From: Octopus bimaculoides
Taxonomy: Eukaryota
DNA length: 43,054 nt
Assembly: GCF_001194135.2 (NCBI RefSeq)
Contig: NC_068982.1
Span: forward strand, 108,370,255 to 108,413,308
Direction of reading: 5' to 3'
Below are positions 1-10,917 of the stretch, piece by piece. Numbering within the stretch: position 1 is the first letter of the stretch; every line of letters starts with the position of its first letter. Below the pieces are notes generated by a model that made no database searches, had not been told where the DNA came from, and was given only the letters and a program-made list of their open reading frames with translations. Both the position numbers and the translations under genes were made by a program.

Positions 1-268
1 CAATGCTGATGCCCTCAGTCGCTTGCCATTCGGTGATGATAACGACTTTGACAGAAAGGAAAATGGTGAAGACATAGACATGGTGTGTGCCATCAAAGCT
101 CTTAGTATTCAAGTCCAACCTGTGGATGCTAACGTCCTCCGTCAAGAGTCAGGGAAAGATCCAGTGATATCAACTGTGATGCGCTACGTCCGTGAAGGCT
201 GGCCACCAAAGAACATCGAGATCAATGACGAAGTCAACAAGTTCCGTAAGTTATCAAACTCACTTAGT
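1..268 (+). mobile_element. Ty3/Gypsy LTR retrotransposon pol fragment (RNase H C-terminus and linker before the integrase)
   Basis: The frame from nt 2 reads NADALSRLP...DPVISTVMRYVREGWP...FRKLSNSLS. (N)ADALSRLP followed by L...DP.L..V..Y...GWP is typical of Gypsy pol. Similarity stops abruptly near 268. Confidence 0.8.
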
Positions 269-271
269 AAG

Positions 272-1055
272 GGACTACGAGGTAGACACAAGATTAAAAA
301 TCAAGGAATAAAAATAAGCGGGCCAGCAGTTCGGCACCTGGAGAGGTAGGTAAATTCCGTCCAATCGCGTCGTGGGATGTTGAACAGACTGACCGGTTAA
401 ACTACTTGGGGTTTGGTTTGGCCTAAATCTCCAAGTGAACAAGAACTGAAATTAGGTGACCAATCTTACCAAGAAATGGGCGAAGAGCAGGCTACCCTCG
501 AAAGGTCGGGCAGAAGTGGCGCTCGCTAATATTGCCTGTCAGATATTACCGCCTCTCCGTCGTGTCTTTCACCTGTTCATAACTGACGGATTGCAACACC
601 TGCTCTTCTTCTTTCTGTGGAAGGAATGCGTCCCGCTTGTTAGGTGTTCCATTTGTTGACACCATCTGTGGAGTGAAGTACTGAGAGTGACGAAGCTGAT
701 GATGCGCAGACATGCGCTGAGGCTGCGATATTTCCTTCGTTTCCTTGATGAGGAGGAAGTATAGTCGCCGTTTGTCAGATTCGCTTTTCCACAGCTCATC
801 ACGTTGACTAAACTGTAGTCCTGGAACAAGCGTAGACCGAGGCAACGCGTCTGGCACTTAGAGTGTCATCAGTCGTTCACTGCCCTCTACAAGTCGGGCA
901 GTGTGGTCGGTAAAAAGTTCCACTTTGGTGCTCTACAGAGGGTTCGTGACAGGCAAGAAGGTCGACATTCTCGGAGTAACTCAGGAAGTCGACGACAATT
1001 TGTTGGCTAATCTGTCCCAGAGGACTTTCGGCCAGGAGCCCATGGAAAATTCCCA
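272..1055 (+). mobile_element. Decayed Tx1/L1-clade LINE ORF2 fragment (end of RT and post-RT region)
   Basis: Across stops and frameshifts it reads RDYEV..KI...GTWRG..PSNRVVG..PVKLLGVWFG...VTNLTKKWAKSRLPSKGRAEVA...FFLWKECVPLVR...LMMRRHALRLR...RTFGQEPMEN. The KxLGV, W..R.LS.KGR and FLW motifs are L1/Tx1-type. Confidence 0.75.
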
Positions 1056-1079
1056 AAATATTATTTTTTTTTTTTTAAG

Positions 1080-2160
1080 CGAGAAAATACTCCACTGTGC
1101 CTTTGAGATCAGCGGAATGGACACTACTACCGACTTAATGTGGCAAACGTGCGGCCAGAGTAAGAATAGGTAGAGTGCCCCCAGAAATTGAGGAGGCGTG
1201 GCTGGTGGAAGGAAGACCGCCTGTATGTTTTCTATGTGGAGTAAAGGGACACATGAAAGCTAAGTGTTCTCAGAAACACGAAGAGGAGGAGACAGAGAAG
1301 GAATATCAGGAAGAAGAGGGTACAACCGTAGAGGAGGAGAAAATGAAAGAGCAATATACAGTGGTAAATAGGAAGAAGAGTAATACAGATTCACCACCAA
1401 GAAGTCCGCGGAATAAAAGAAAGGCAAGTGGAGAGGAGAAGCAGAGTGAAAAACAAGAGAATAAGAATGAGAAGAGAAAAATGAAAAGTCAATAAAAGTA
1501 AGTGAGGAACGATCGCAGAGACCATCAACTAGCAGGGAGGAAAGAGTACAGAAGAGAAAAGAAGGAGATGATAGCAACACAGAATAAGAGACAGACAGAG
1601 ATAGAAATGCCAGCGACAGAGGAGGGGATTGGTGAAGAGAGAAGGAGAGTGACACCCAAAAGGAAAAACTTGAGAACAATGGTGCAATACCCCAAAAGTG
1701 TAGAGATAGAGAAAAAGATTGCCAAGATGAAGAACGTTATGAGAGTGAAATTAGCGGCCAAAGAGGATAACGAAGGTTTGAACGCTGTTTTGTTGGAAAA
1801 AGAAAGAGGAGATAAATTGACGGAGTTGTTTGGTGAAAGAATAGAGATGACAGGGATACAGATCTGTTGCGACAAATTGCCGCCGGTGGTGGCCTTCGAA
1901 TATTTAATGGAGTATATTTTATAAATAGTGACTGTGTGTGATTTAAAAAAAAGAAAACCAACAGATACAAGACTGATATTGAACTGTTCATTTAAAACCA
2001 GTAAAATGGAACTACATGCTTATGGGGAGTAAGTAAGCCATTCCATCCTCATTTTCATTATATCCATAATTCATTAGATATGTTTTTATGTACCCCATTG
2101 TATTGCTTTGTCTGTTTTTGTGTTGTCCCTTCTCTAATGAGGCTTTGTGCCTAATTAAAA
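1080..2160 (+). mobile_element. LINE-like ORF1 (gag-like, CCHC zinc knuckle) 3' part plus putative 3' UTR; 5'-truncated and decayed
   Basis: Reads LLPT*CGKRAARVRIGRVPPEIEEAWLVEGRPPVCFLCGVKGHMKAKC (CX2CX4HX4C), then an E/K-rich linker (1175-1495) and a C-terminal ORF (1502-1924). An ATTAAA follows near 2154-2159. Homologous to the ORF at 6712. Confidence 0.65.
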
Positions 2161-2212
2161 GCATAAGGACATTGGCGTTGCCTTGGTGGAGGTTTGCGCT
2201 CTCTGGATGCTC

Positions 2213-2808
2213 TTGTTATTGTTACTACTACTACTACTACTACTATTGCTTCGTAACACAGAGTAGGTAAAAATGCACCGGAGTCTTTAGTCATTTGTCA
2301 AGTCACGAAAAGGACCTCAGACAGATAATACTTTCCTTAAGATGTACGCTGTGCCCAATAAGGCTGCTTTTTGCAAGATATCAATCTTGCATGGTATTTC
2401 CAGTTGCTTTAAGAAGTTTTGAAGTTTCAATGGGATTGAGCCCAACGCTCCGATCACCACTGGTATCACTTTTACATTACTCTCTCGCATTCCATACAGT
2501 CTTACCATTTCCACTTTCAATTCGGAGTACTTGATGATTTTTTCAACCTCTTTACTTACAACATTCCTGTCATTTGGTAAGGCTACATCAATGATCTGAC
2601 AGTATTTGTTTCTCTTATTCAATATGACAATATCCGGTCGACGGTGTTCGATTACACGATCCGTCTGGAAATCATAGTGCCAGAGTATCGTTACTTTTCC
2701 ATCCCCCTGCATATCTTCATTTGGTACATGCTCATACCAGTTCTCTGTTACTTCATATTGGTATTTACGGCATAAGAGCCAATGAAGATACACACCCGCT
2801 TTATCGTT
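2213..2808 (-). mobile_element. 5'-truncated R4/Dong-type non-LTR retrotransposon (restriction-like endonuclease C-terminus, 3' UTR and simple-repeat tail)
   Basis: ORF 2829-2317 reads LHWLLC...W.YDFQTD..IEHRRPDIV...IIDVALP.D...KE.EK..KY..L, a PD-(D/E)xK RLE domain. A (TAG/TAA)n tail lies at about 2213-2245 and a (TAA)n tract at the 5' junction (2808-2836). Confidence 0.85.
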
Positions 2809-5800
2809 TATTATTATTATTATTATCATTATTATTTCTAAGAAGGAAAAGTGGAAGACACTCCCAGATTAGTAAGTTCGATATAATACATGCTCAATTT
2901 GAACTTCTGTGTGTTGACTTGGGGGAGAGTTCTCGGATGCTGCAGTCCCGAAGAAAAAAAACGGATTGAAAAAAAAAGTACTCTGAGTGATGTGACTTGG
3001 TTATGTAAGGGAGAGAAGTTGAAAAGGACACTTCAGTGGACTCGGCGGAGGTAATATACATGTTATAGGTTATTATAGTTATGACTGAAGAGACAAATAA
3101 AGCGGAGAAACAAATATTATGTGTACCAGCGGTGTGTTGGTGGGTAAATCTATGTTAATCCACCAAATAGCCCTTTTTAACCCGAGAAGGTGTATTCACG
3201 ATTTATATGCTATAATTTTCCTTCGTGAACATTTCAATGAAAGATCATGTTAACAAGAATGGCTAGTGTCTATCTTGTTTGCTATTATATTTATTAGTAT
3301 TTACTTTATTATGTCTACTATTATATTCAAACAGCTACATTTGATGTGTAACTAATATACTATAAAATCTGGTATATATTTTGTAATAGCTATTTAACCA
3401 TATACTGTATAACTACATTTTTCGTGGGTGGATATGTTTGTGATAAATGTTTGTGTTTGAAATTGTGATGGTTGGGTATAAGGATAAGAAGGAGAAAATG
3501 CATTCCCTAAATTGATACTGCGTCTCATGGCTATATTTGATTGAATGCATACATATTTAATAGATACACTTGAACATAGAAGATATTTAATGACTACAGT
3601 AGTAATAATAGATTAGACAATGTATCAACCATCTCAACATATAAAATGATAAAGTATATAAAATGAAACCTACCGCTCATCATTCCGTTATGTTGTCCAC
3701 ATATCCAATAACAATAACTTATGGTTTTTAATCTCTCTTATGAAATCATCTACAAACGAACAGATACTAACAGAGTAATAAGTTTAAAATAGAAACTTAT
3801 TTCTTAAAATGGTTTAATTGTTGGTTTGCGAGAACAGCGACCATCGTTTCTGGCTGCTTTTCATGACATTCTTTGTTACGAAAAATTTGCTAACATTGTT
3901 TGAATATTGTTGCTTATATATTATAACAGAGTAAAATTTCTGGTGTGATAAAGTGAGTTATAGTTTAGTCAAGAGTTCAGATCAAGTGTATTATTTGTTC
4001 TGTACAGTGTTTTTACAAATGTATATTTTTAATGAAACTTGACTTGCAGTCATTATATATGATAAAGATTTTCCTTTATTTATACTTATCCAGTCTATAA
4101 ACGAGAACATATAGAATAACTCAAGTTAGTATTTCAGGATATATTTGAGACTTGTTTGAACCGCATTACCTATATTGCTTCTTGGCTGAAAATGATTTAG
4201 CTGCGAAATTGAGATTTTTTTTCTTATTATTTATGGAAAGTTGCTGGAAACTGAAGTGTCCCAGACTAACTCAATTACTTTAAAGCATTTAGTTTCACTC
4301 CACTGTCTTCAGAGTTCAAGCCCAAACACTTTCCAACACTTCAAGTGCAATAAAATGACAATAATTTCAATTCTTCCCATTTTAAAATTGGCCGAGTGCC
4401 TAGATAAATGAAATCTATTTGTACAACATGTATATTTCCTTCAAATATAACAGAATAATCCCACTAAAGTCAATGAAAACATTTTTCTTGTTTATTAACT
4501 TTCATGACCGTTTCAGTGAAGCAACTTCTTTTGATCTACAGGCATCTCCTATACGTTTACCACATCTCATAAATATTTAAGTTTTCAATGTGTACTTGAT
4601 ACAAAATTCACCCTTCATTTTTCGATTGCTCCTGTACAGTTTGTTACTAACTCAGCTATGATATAGAAAAGGTTACTGCTCTTCGTACCAGAGATAAAAG
4701 TGCTATACACACATCTGACTTGTTCAATATCTAAATACATTTTCCTAAAGCTGCACATTTGAGTCGGTACTTATCAAAATAATCAAGCGAGGAAATAAAT
4801 ACAGATTAATATTTTTATAATGATTCATGAGAAATAAGAACTTCTTTTATTTTATTGCTTTCTATCTGATGTTCCTAAAGAGATGAAACTAATTTGGACA
4901 GTAACCAATTTATTTCATACTGCTGATAAAGAACGTAAAAAAAAGCATACTTGAATGACGCTAACGTCTTTTATAACTTATTTTGAGGAGGAGAAATGGG
5001 AGGGAACGAAGAGGAAATGGTGGAAGAGGAGGGAAAAGAAAGGGTGATAGTACCCGTGGTCTCTTCCGGTCCTCTTAGACAAGCAAATAAATGTAACTGA
5101 AAGATATAAATACTGTTAGTATTCATTTTGAATTATTACTGGTTACTAGTTAGCGAGAAGAAGGAAGAAGTTGTAGAAACTCTTGAAGTTCTAAGAAAAG
5201 AGAATTTACTTATAAACTGGTGCAAAAAGAAATTTTAGAAGTATCTACCGAGCTTTTGGTGGCTTTATTTTAATGTCGTTGTCTGTAGTTACTTTCTAAG
5301 GTCTTCACTCAGTTGCTTCTTTTATCAAAATTATGCTTTATGTAACGTATTTTAGAAACTGGCCAAGATCATAGCTTGATAGAATAATAGAAACGATGAC
5401 TTGTGCCAAATTTGAGGCATGTCCACTAAAACTGGTATTTTGCTGATTGCGAACAATAAAGTTAAGGTAGAGTTTATCCCATCACCAAATACATTTCTAT
5501 TTCAGAACTTGTAGTTAATCTCTACTATTACATCCCTTTTAAAAAGAAGTAAAAGGATTCATTTGAACATCTTGTCCCATTTCGCTTTATTCATAGAAAT
5601 GGAAAAGAATACCTACAGAAATTCTAAGTAAATTCTTAGTCTTAATCTTCTGAAGTATTTCTATATCGTACAAAAAAGTATTGTCTGACGTGATCTGTGT
5701 GTTATGTTTGTATGTATATTTGAAACAGGAGATTTCTGTTTGTAAGTATAAATTATTTTTATGGCTTACTCGGGAGGAAGAGGTTGTGCGTTTGACCTAC

Positions 5801-6525
5801 ACACTCCTCCCCAAACTGTTGAGATCGATGCCATTTCTGTTCATCTGAAACATTTATGTAAGTGTAAATCGACGACTGCAGAAAATATGTTAGGTGAATG
5901 AGGGGGGTAACTGACGTTCTGGTGAGATGGATGGGTGAAGCGAGGCGGGAGTAACAGAGGATGAAGAATGGAAGCGTTGAATAGGCATGGATGACGACAG
6001 TATGTAACTCGTTAATTCAGTGGGGAAAGACGAGGGCTACAATAGGTGGGGTTGAGCCGAGTAGACCGTAATTTTCTGTCGGATTTTGCCCTCCAGAATA
6101 AAAGTCTCGCAGTCTCTTTGAATTTCAAGAGGATCTCCTCCTTCTTGCGGAACGCCAGAGCAATCTTGTTCCTCCTCTTTGCAAAATTTCTCTCAGAGGC
6201 TTTGGATGCAAATGCGAAGGAAGACAGCACATCTATGGACTGGAAACGTTATGAACCTCTGGGAATCTGTTAGAGTGCCTTCTTTTGCATATAGTTTAAG
6301 ATGTTTGTAAGTGTGGGTGGCAGCAGGATAGTTGATTGCAGATTTTATTTGGAGTTTATCGTGGGCCAGCAATTGATGAGCGACGAATTAATTTCTGATC
6401 CTGAACAAGAAGCTTAATCTTTGGAGTGCATTATTAGCTATGTTTTATCTGTAGAGTCGATGTCTCTATATATGTATTGTAGACTTATTTCGAAATTGTT
6501 TTTTATAATATCTTTATAATGTAAA

Positions 6526-7385
6526 GGCGACAAGCTGGCAGAAACGTTAGCACGCCGGTCGAACTGCTTAGCGGTATAACGGCTCCGTGAAGTTAATACG
6601 TGGTGATTTTTGAATAGTCTTTTTATGCTGCTTTGCAGCGGTTTGGGTGTTTGCGTGTGTAATTTGTTTGAGTTTTCTCTTCTCGTGAGAGAAGAGACAG
6701 CTGGTTGAAGAATGTCTGAAGACATTTATAGTTTCTCAGACATGTCATCGTCAGAGGAGGAGTTGCTGGAGGCAGTTAAAACAATGGACCAGAAACTGAT
6801 AAAAGAGAAGCGGAATTTTGCTGATGTAGCAAGGTGTAAGGAAACAGAAGTGGATATTAGGGAATTCGGAAGACACAAAGAAGAAATGAACCGAGATGGG
6901 TTTGAAGTGAAGCTGTCGCCCCCGCAACAGGTTAAAAACGGAATAAGAGAAAAGACGATAATCTATCGAACCTTTTCGATAAATAAAAGAAGAATAGACG
7001 TCGTCACGACAGAACAAATAGAAAAGGCGTTAAAGCAGATTTGGGAAGACATAATATACCTGACTAGAGGTGCAACATTTGGAACAGTAGAAGTGAGGTT
7101 TCGTAATGCAGCAGCAGCAAGGAAACATGCAACGTCGACAATTCCGACCGAAGAAGTTGTGCTGTTTCCCACGTATAGAGGCATGTGACCTGGGTGGTAG
7201 ATGCGGTCCTCTTAGGTAATGAGGACAACATAATAGTGCTCCAGGCCAAGAAAAAAGAGGTCGACTTTGCCTTTCATCCTTTTGGGGGGTCGATAAATTA
7301 AGTACCAGTTGCATACTGGGGTCGATCTAATCGACTAGCCTCCTCCCCAAAAATTTCGGGCCTTGTGCCTAGAGTAGAAAAGAAT
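6526..7385 (+). mobile_element. SINE family B copy split in two (head 6526-6577, body 7257-7385), flanked by a 17-bp TSD
   Basis: Both parts match the intact copy at 12098-12310. AATATCTTTATAATGTA occurs at 6507-6523 and again at 7383-7399. Confidence 0.85.
6578..7256 (+). mobile_element. 5' UTR and N-terminal part of a LINE-like ORF1 (RRM-like), lying inside the SINE
   Basis: ORF 6712-7188 (MSEDIYS...GTVEVRF...KHATSTIPTEEVVLFPTYRG) aligns with KYSTVPLRSAEWTLLPT*CG at about 1086-1145. A shifted frame then reads WVVDAVLLGNEDNIIVLQAKKK. Confidence 0.6.
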
Positions 7386-7559
7386 ATCTTTATAATGTAT
7401 TTTCCCATTTTCTTTTTTTCGAATACTCGTTATTGATTTATATTTGACTCATTTGACTTCATATGTGTTGTCTCTCCATTTTAGATATTCAAAGATTTTT
7501 CTCAACCAATAAAAAAATTCAGAAAGATTATACTGGAATAATAATCTCACTTGTGTCAC

Positions 7560-7820
7560 GTACATGCATGCATTCATGCCTACATACATACGTACATACA
7601 TACATACATACATACACACGGACATACATATATACATATATACATGCATGCGTGCATACACACATGCATGCATGCATACACACGTTCGTATATGCATACA
7701 TGCTTACATACATACATACATACACATAATCAATTCATCCATTCACACGTACATAAATAGATGCGTACGTACTTGCATATATACATGCCTGCAAGCATAC
7801 ATACATACATACATACACAA
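7560..7820. repeat. Degenerate (TACA)n/(CATG) microsatellite
   Basis: Directly visible tetranucleotide repeat. Confidence 0.9.
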
Positions 7821-7829
7821 AATTCACTT

Positions 7830-7945
7830 ACGGTCGACCCCGGGTTACAGTACGAGACACTTGTCTAAAGTACAGTGCTGTAGAACTGAACTCGAAGCCA
7901 CGTATCTACAAGACGAATTTCTTAACCATACAGTCATGCCTTGCA
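7830..7945 (-). mobile_element. Degenerate tRNA-head SINE (family A) 5' part
   Basis: The reverse complement matches the head of the copy at 39283 (GG.TAAGAA...GAGTTCAGT...GACAAGTGTC). Confidence 0.6.
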
Positions 7946-8847
7946 CCTCTGATCATTAAATTGAAAATCATTGTAGAATGTAAGCAAACAAAAGTTAGAA
8001 AATAATACATAATGAAGTAAATTTTCGTTGATGTTGTAATTAAATTACAGTTAAATACTAATGAAACAGCTACGAAATCTTGTGATTGAATTAGTCTTTT
8101 ATATATTATATTTAAACTATTTAATGGGTGATGGCAATCAGTCAGTTGAGCTAGGCGTGAAGAAATTCTGAACTGCATGGTGCTGAATAAGAGGCATACT
8201 GGCATGTAACCTTTCTGAAATAATATTCATTTATTTATTTAATCAATTTATACGTCCGTGTGAAGTTAGTAAACCATCAAACTGAGGAAGTACGAATACC
8301 CCTAATAAAAACGAAGAAACAAAATCAAAAACGAAAAAGAAATCGAATGAAGGAAGCTATACGAATAAAGGATAAGTAAATATTCCTTTTTTGTAGCCTT
8401 TGTCAGATGGAAGATTATATTTATGGTTGGTGGATCCTTGAAAATAAATAGCACCACTAATCTTGATAGCCCTTTAAATATCGTTTTAAAATATGCCCTT
8501 TCTCTCAAATTGGTAACTTTTTGCATTGGAAACAAATAATGTCATTGGGTTCTTGTATAATTTCTATAAGATCAATGAAGGTTGATTGCATAAAACCTGT
8601 TTGTGAAATATTAAATCTTATATTCGCATCTCCCTAACATCAATTCCGCTTGAAGAATTTATCTGTTAAATCTTTCTAAAACTGCTCTAAACAGAATAGG
8701 TGTTCAAAAAAGCACAACTTACATACATACATACATACATACATACATGTACATTAAAAAAAACGTTTTCACTTTCTGATTACAAGATCTGAGAATGAGT
8801 TGGATCATACTTAGAAATTGCCATTTCATCCCTTATTATATTATTTA

Positions 8848-8970
8848 TTTCTAAATTTGGCACAGGGCCACCAGTTTTGGGGGTAGGGTTAAGTCAATTA
8901 CATCGACCCCAGTGCTCATCTGTAACTATTTTATCGATCTCGAAAGGACGAAAAGTAAAGACGACCTCAG
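8848..8970 (-). mobile_element. SINE family B 3' fragment
   Basis: Similar to 12098-12230 (ttggcac.ggcca...catcgac.ccagt...ttttatcgat.cgaaagg). Confidence 0.7.
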
Positions 8971-9422
8971 TATTTTTGCCTTCTTATTTATTAATTTTAT
9001 AATGAAATAGGTGAACAATAGCGTCTTTGGATACAAGTTTCCAATGACCAAATCACTACCTCAGTGCAGTTCTGACGGTGAGACTGAAAAGAGAATGTCT
9101 TTAATTCAAAACTTAACAAATATAGCAATCGATTTCTCTCAGAGAGTACCACATTTTCCTTTTTCTTGCTAGTGTAGTCTTAAAGCGTCAGTTGGTTTGA
9201 CTCCACCACCAGGCTCTTGGGTACCTTTAGTCCACTCTGTTGTAATGTTCTGGTCAAATCTCTAGTCTCAGAATAACTTCCTTCCTTCTCGCTCTCGAAG
9301 ACACTGAAAAAAAGCGTCATGGGCATTCATATTTTTCTAACTGAAGCATCGATATTTTTTAGTCAGTGGAATAAATATGTATGATACAAAAAAGTCTGCA
9401 TAAACACATTGTACATATATAT

Positions 9423-9423
<1 letters not shown>

Positions 9424-9476
<53 letters not shown>

Positions 9477-9792
9477 NNNNNNNNNNNNNNNNNNNNNNNN
9501 NNNNNNNNNNNNNNNNNNNNNNNNNNNNNNNNNNNNNNNNNNNNNNNNNNNNNNNNNNNNNNNNNNNNNNNNNNNNNNNNNNNNNNNNNNNNNNNNNNNN
9601 NNNNNNNNNNNNNNNNNNNNNNNNNNNNNNNNNNNNNNNNNNNNNNNNNNNNNNNNNNNNNNNNNNNNNNNNNNNNNNNNNNNNNNNNNNNNNNNNNNNN
9701 NNNNNNNNNNNNNNNNNNNNNNNNNNNNNNNNNNNNNNNNNNNNNNNNNNNNNNNNNNNNNNNNNNNNNNNNNNNNNNNNNNNNNNNNNNNN

Positions 9793-9837
<45 letters not shown>
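9424..9837. repeat. (CA)n microsatellite spanning an assembly gap (N 9477-9792)
   Basis: CA runs on both sides of the N run. Confidence 0.95.
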
Positions 9838-9838
<1 letters not shown>

Positions 9839-9839
9839 C

Positions 9840-10750
9840 CAGTTGAAATTTACAGAAAAACAAAAGACGAAGACAGGTGTATGAACAACAAACAGGTGTA
9901 TTAGTTTGACGCTCGGTAAAGTGAGAAAATCTTTTATGTTTCGAGCTTACGTTCTTCAACAGAAAGGAATAAGAGAAAATAAACAGAAAAAGAATAAGAA
10001 AAATACTTGTGCATTTAGCGATCAAGCATGGCAATTGGTTGCGGAAAAAAGGTTTGACAGGAGAGGTAGAAAGAATGGGAGATAATAAAGTATTGGTGAT
10101 CCCAAACGAAGGTGCAGGTGCGTGTGTGTGTATGTGAGAATGTGTAAATGTGTGTGTGTGGATAGGGGCTAGTGACTTTGATTTGTGGATGTATGCGTGT
10201 GTGAGTGTGCGTCTGTATTGTGTGGGTGTGTGGATGATGTGCGGGTGTGCGGATGATGGTGTGGATGCTGGGACGTGTTCAGTACCAGAGTGTGTGGAGT
10301 AGTGTGGGGTGATGTGATGTGGTATGGTGGTGGGTGGGGTGAGGTATAAGTGTGGGTAGGGTGGGGTATCTGGGAGTGGGGTGAGGGTATCAATGAAGAG
10401 AGAAGGTAGGCAGGAGTGAAGAGAGGAAGTAGGTGTCAGAGGAAGAGAGGAGAGGTGGGTAGGAGTAAAGAGAGGAAGTAGGTGTCAGAAGAAGAGAGGA
10501 GAGGAGGGGTGTCAGATGAAGAGAGGAGGAGAGTTGAGCCTATGTGGTGCAAAGGAGTGAAGAGAGAGAAGATTAATTCCTGTTCACGGCGAAGGCGGAA
10601 TTTGGATGGCCCCTGTGCTAAGACATTCCGAACACTGACACGTGTTGCAGTGAATGACCGGTAGGGCGGAAATGGCGCGAGACTGGGGTATCATGGCCGA
10701 GTCTGGTGTCTCGGAGGTGCTCTGCGAACCGGTCAGCCAAGCGCCGTCCC
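9840..10750 (-). mobile_element. Penelope-like element 3' remnant: GIY-YIG endonuclease C-terminal half, low-complexity tract and pLTR-like end
   Basis: The minus strand at 10750-10560 reads GRRLADRFAEHLRDTRLGHDTPVSRHF...GHS..HVSVFG then, after a frameshift, FRLRREQELIFSL. A hammerhead-like motif sits in the terminal part at 9931-9966. Confidence 0.75.
9931..9966 (-). ncRNA. Minimal type I hammerhead-ribozyme-like motif (degenerate)
   Basis: Minus strand: CTTT-CTGTTGA-AGAAC-GTAA-GCTC-GAAAC-ATA-AAAG. Confidence 0.45.
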
Positions 10751-10917
10751 ATACATACAAGCATACATATATGAAAATATATAGATAAACGTAGAATTGT
10801 ATGCATACTTACATATCTAAATGCGCGCGCGCGCGTGTAAGCATATATTTACATATATATAAACACACACACAAACACAAACACTTACGCACACAGTTTA
10901 TTGAAACTGAATTTTTA

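Noticed and set aside
1260-1991. S/L/F-rich minus-strand ORFs that look like membrane proteins
   Set aside because: They are antisense shadows of the purine-rich E/K-coding ORF1 on the plus strand.
7449-7959. Cluster of overlapping ORFs (MYVCM.../HTYIH...)
   Set aside because: Translations of a TACA microsatellite.
9040-9320. Possible minus-strand exon (ttttttcAG...CTAAAG|gtaccc) or mariner-like text
   Set aside because: No recognisable protein motif and no partner exons; splice-like signals are common in AT-rich DNA.
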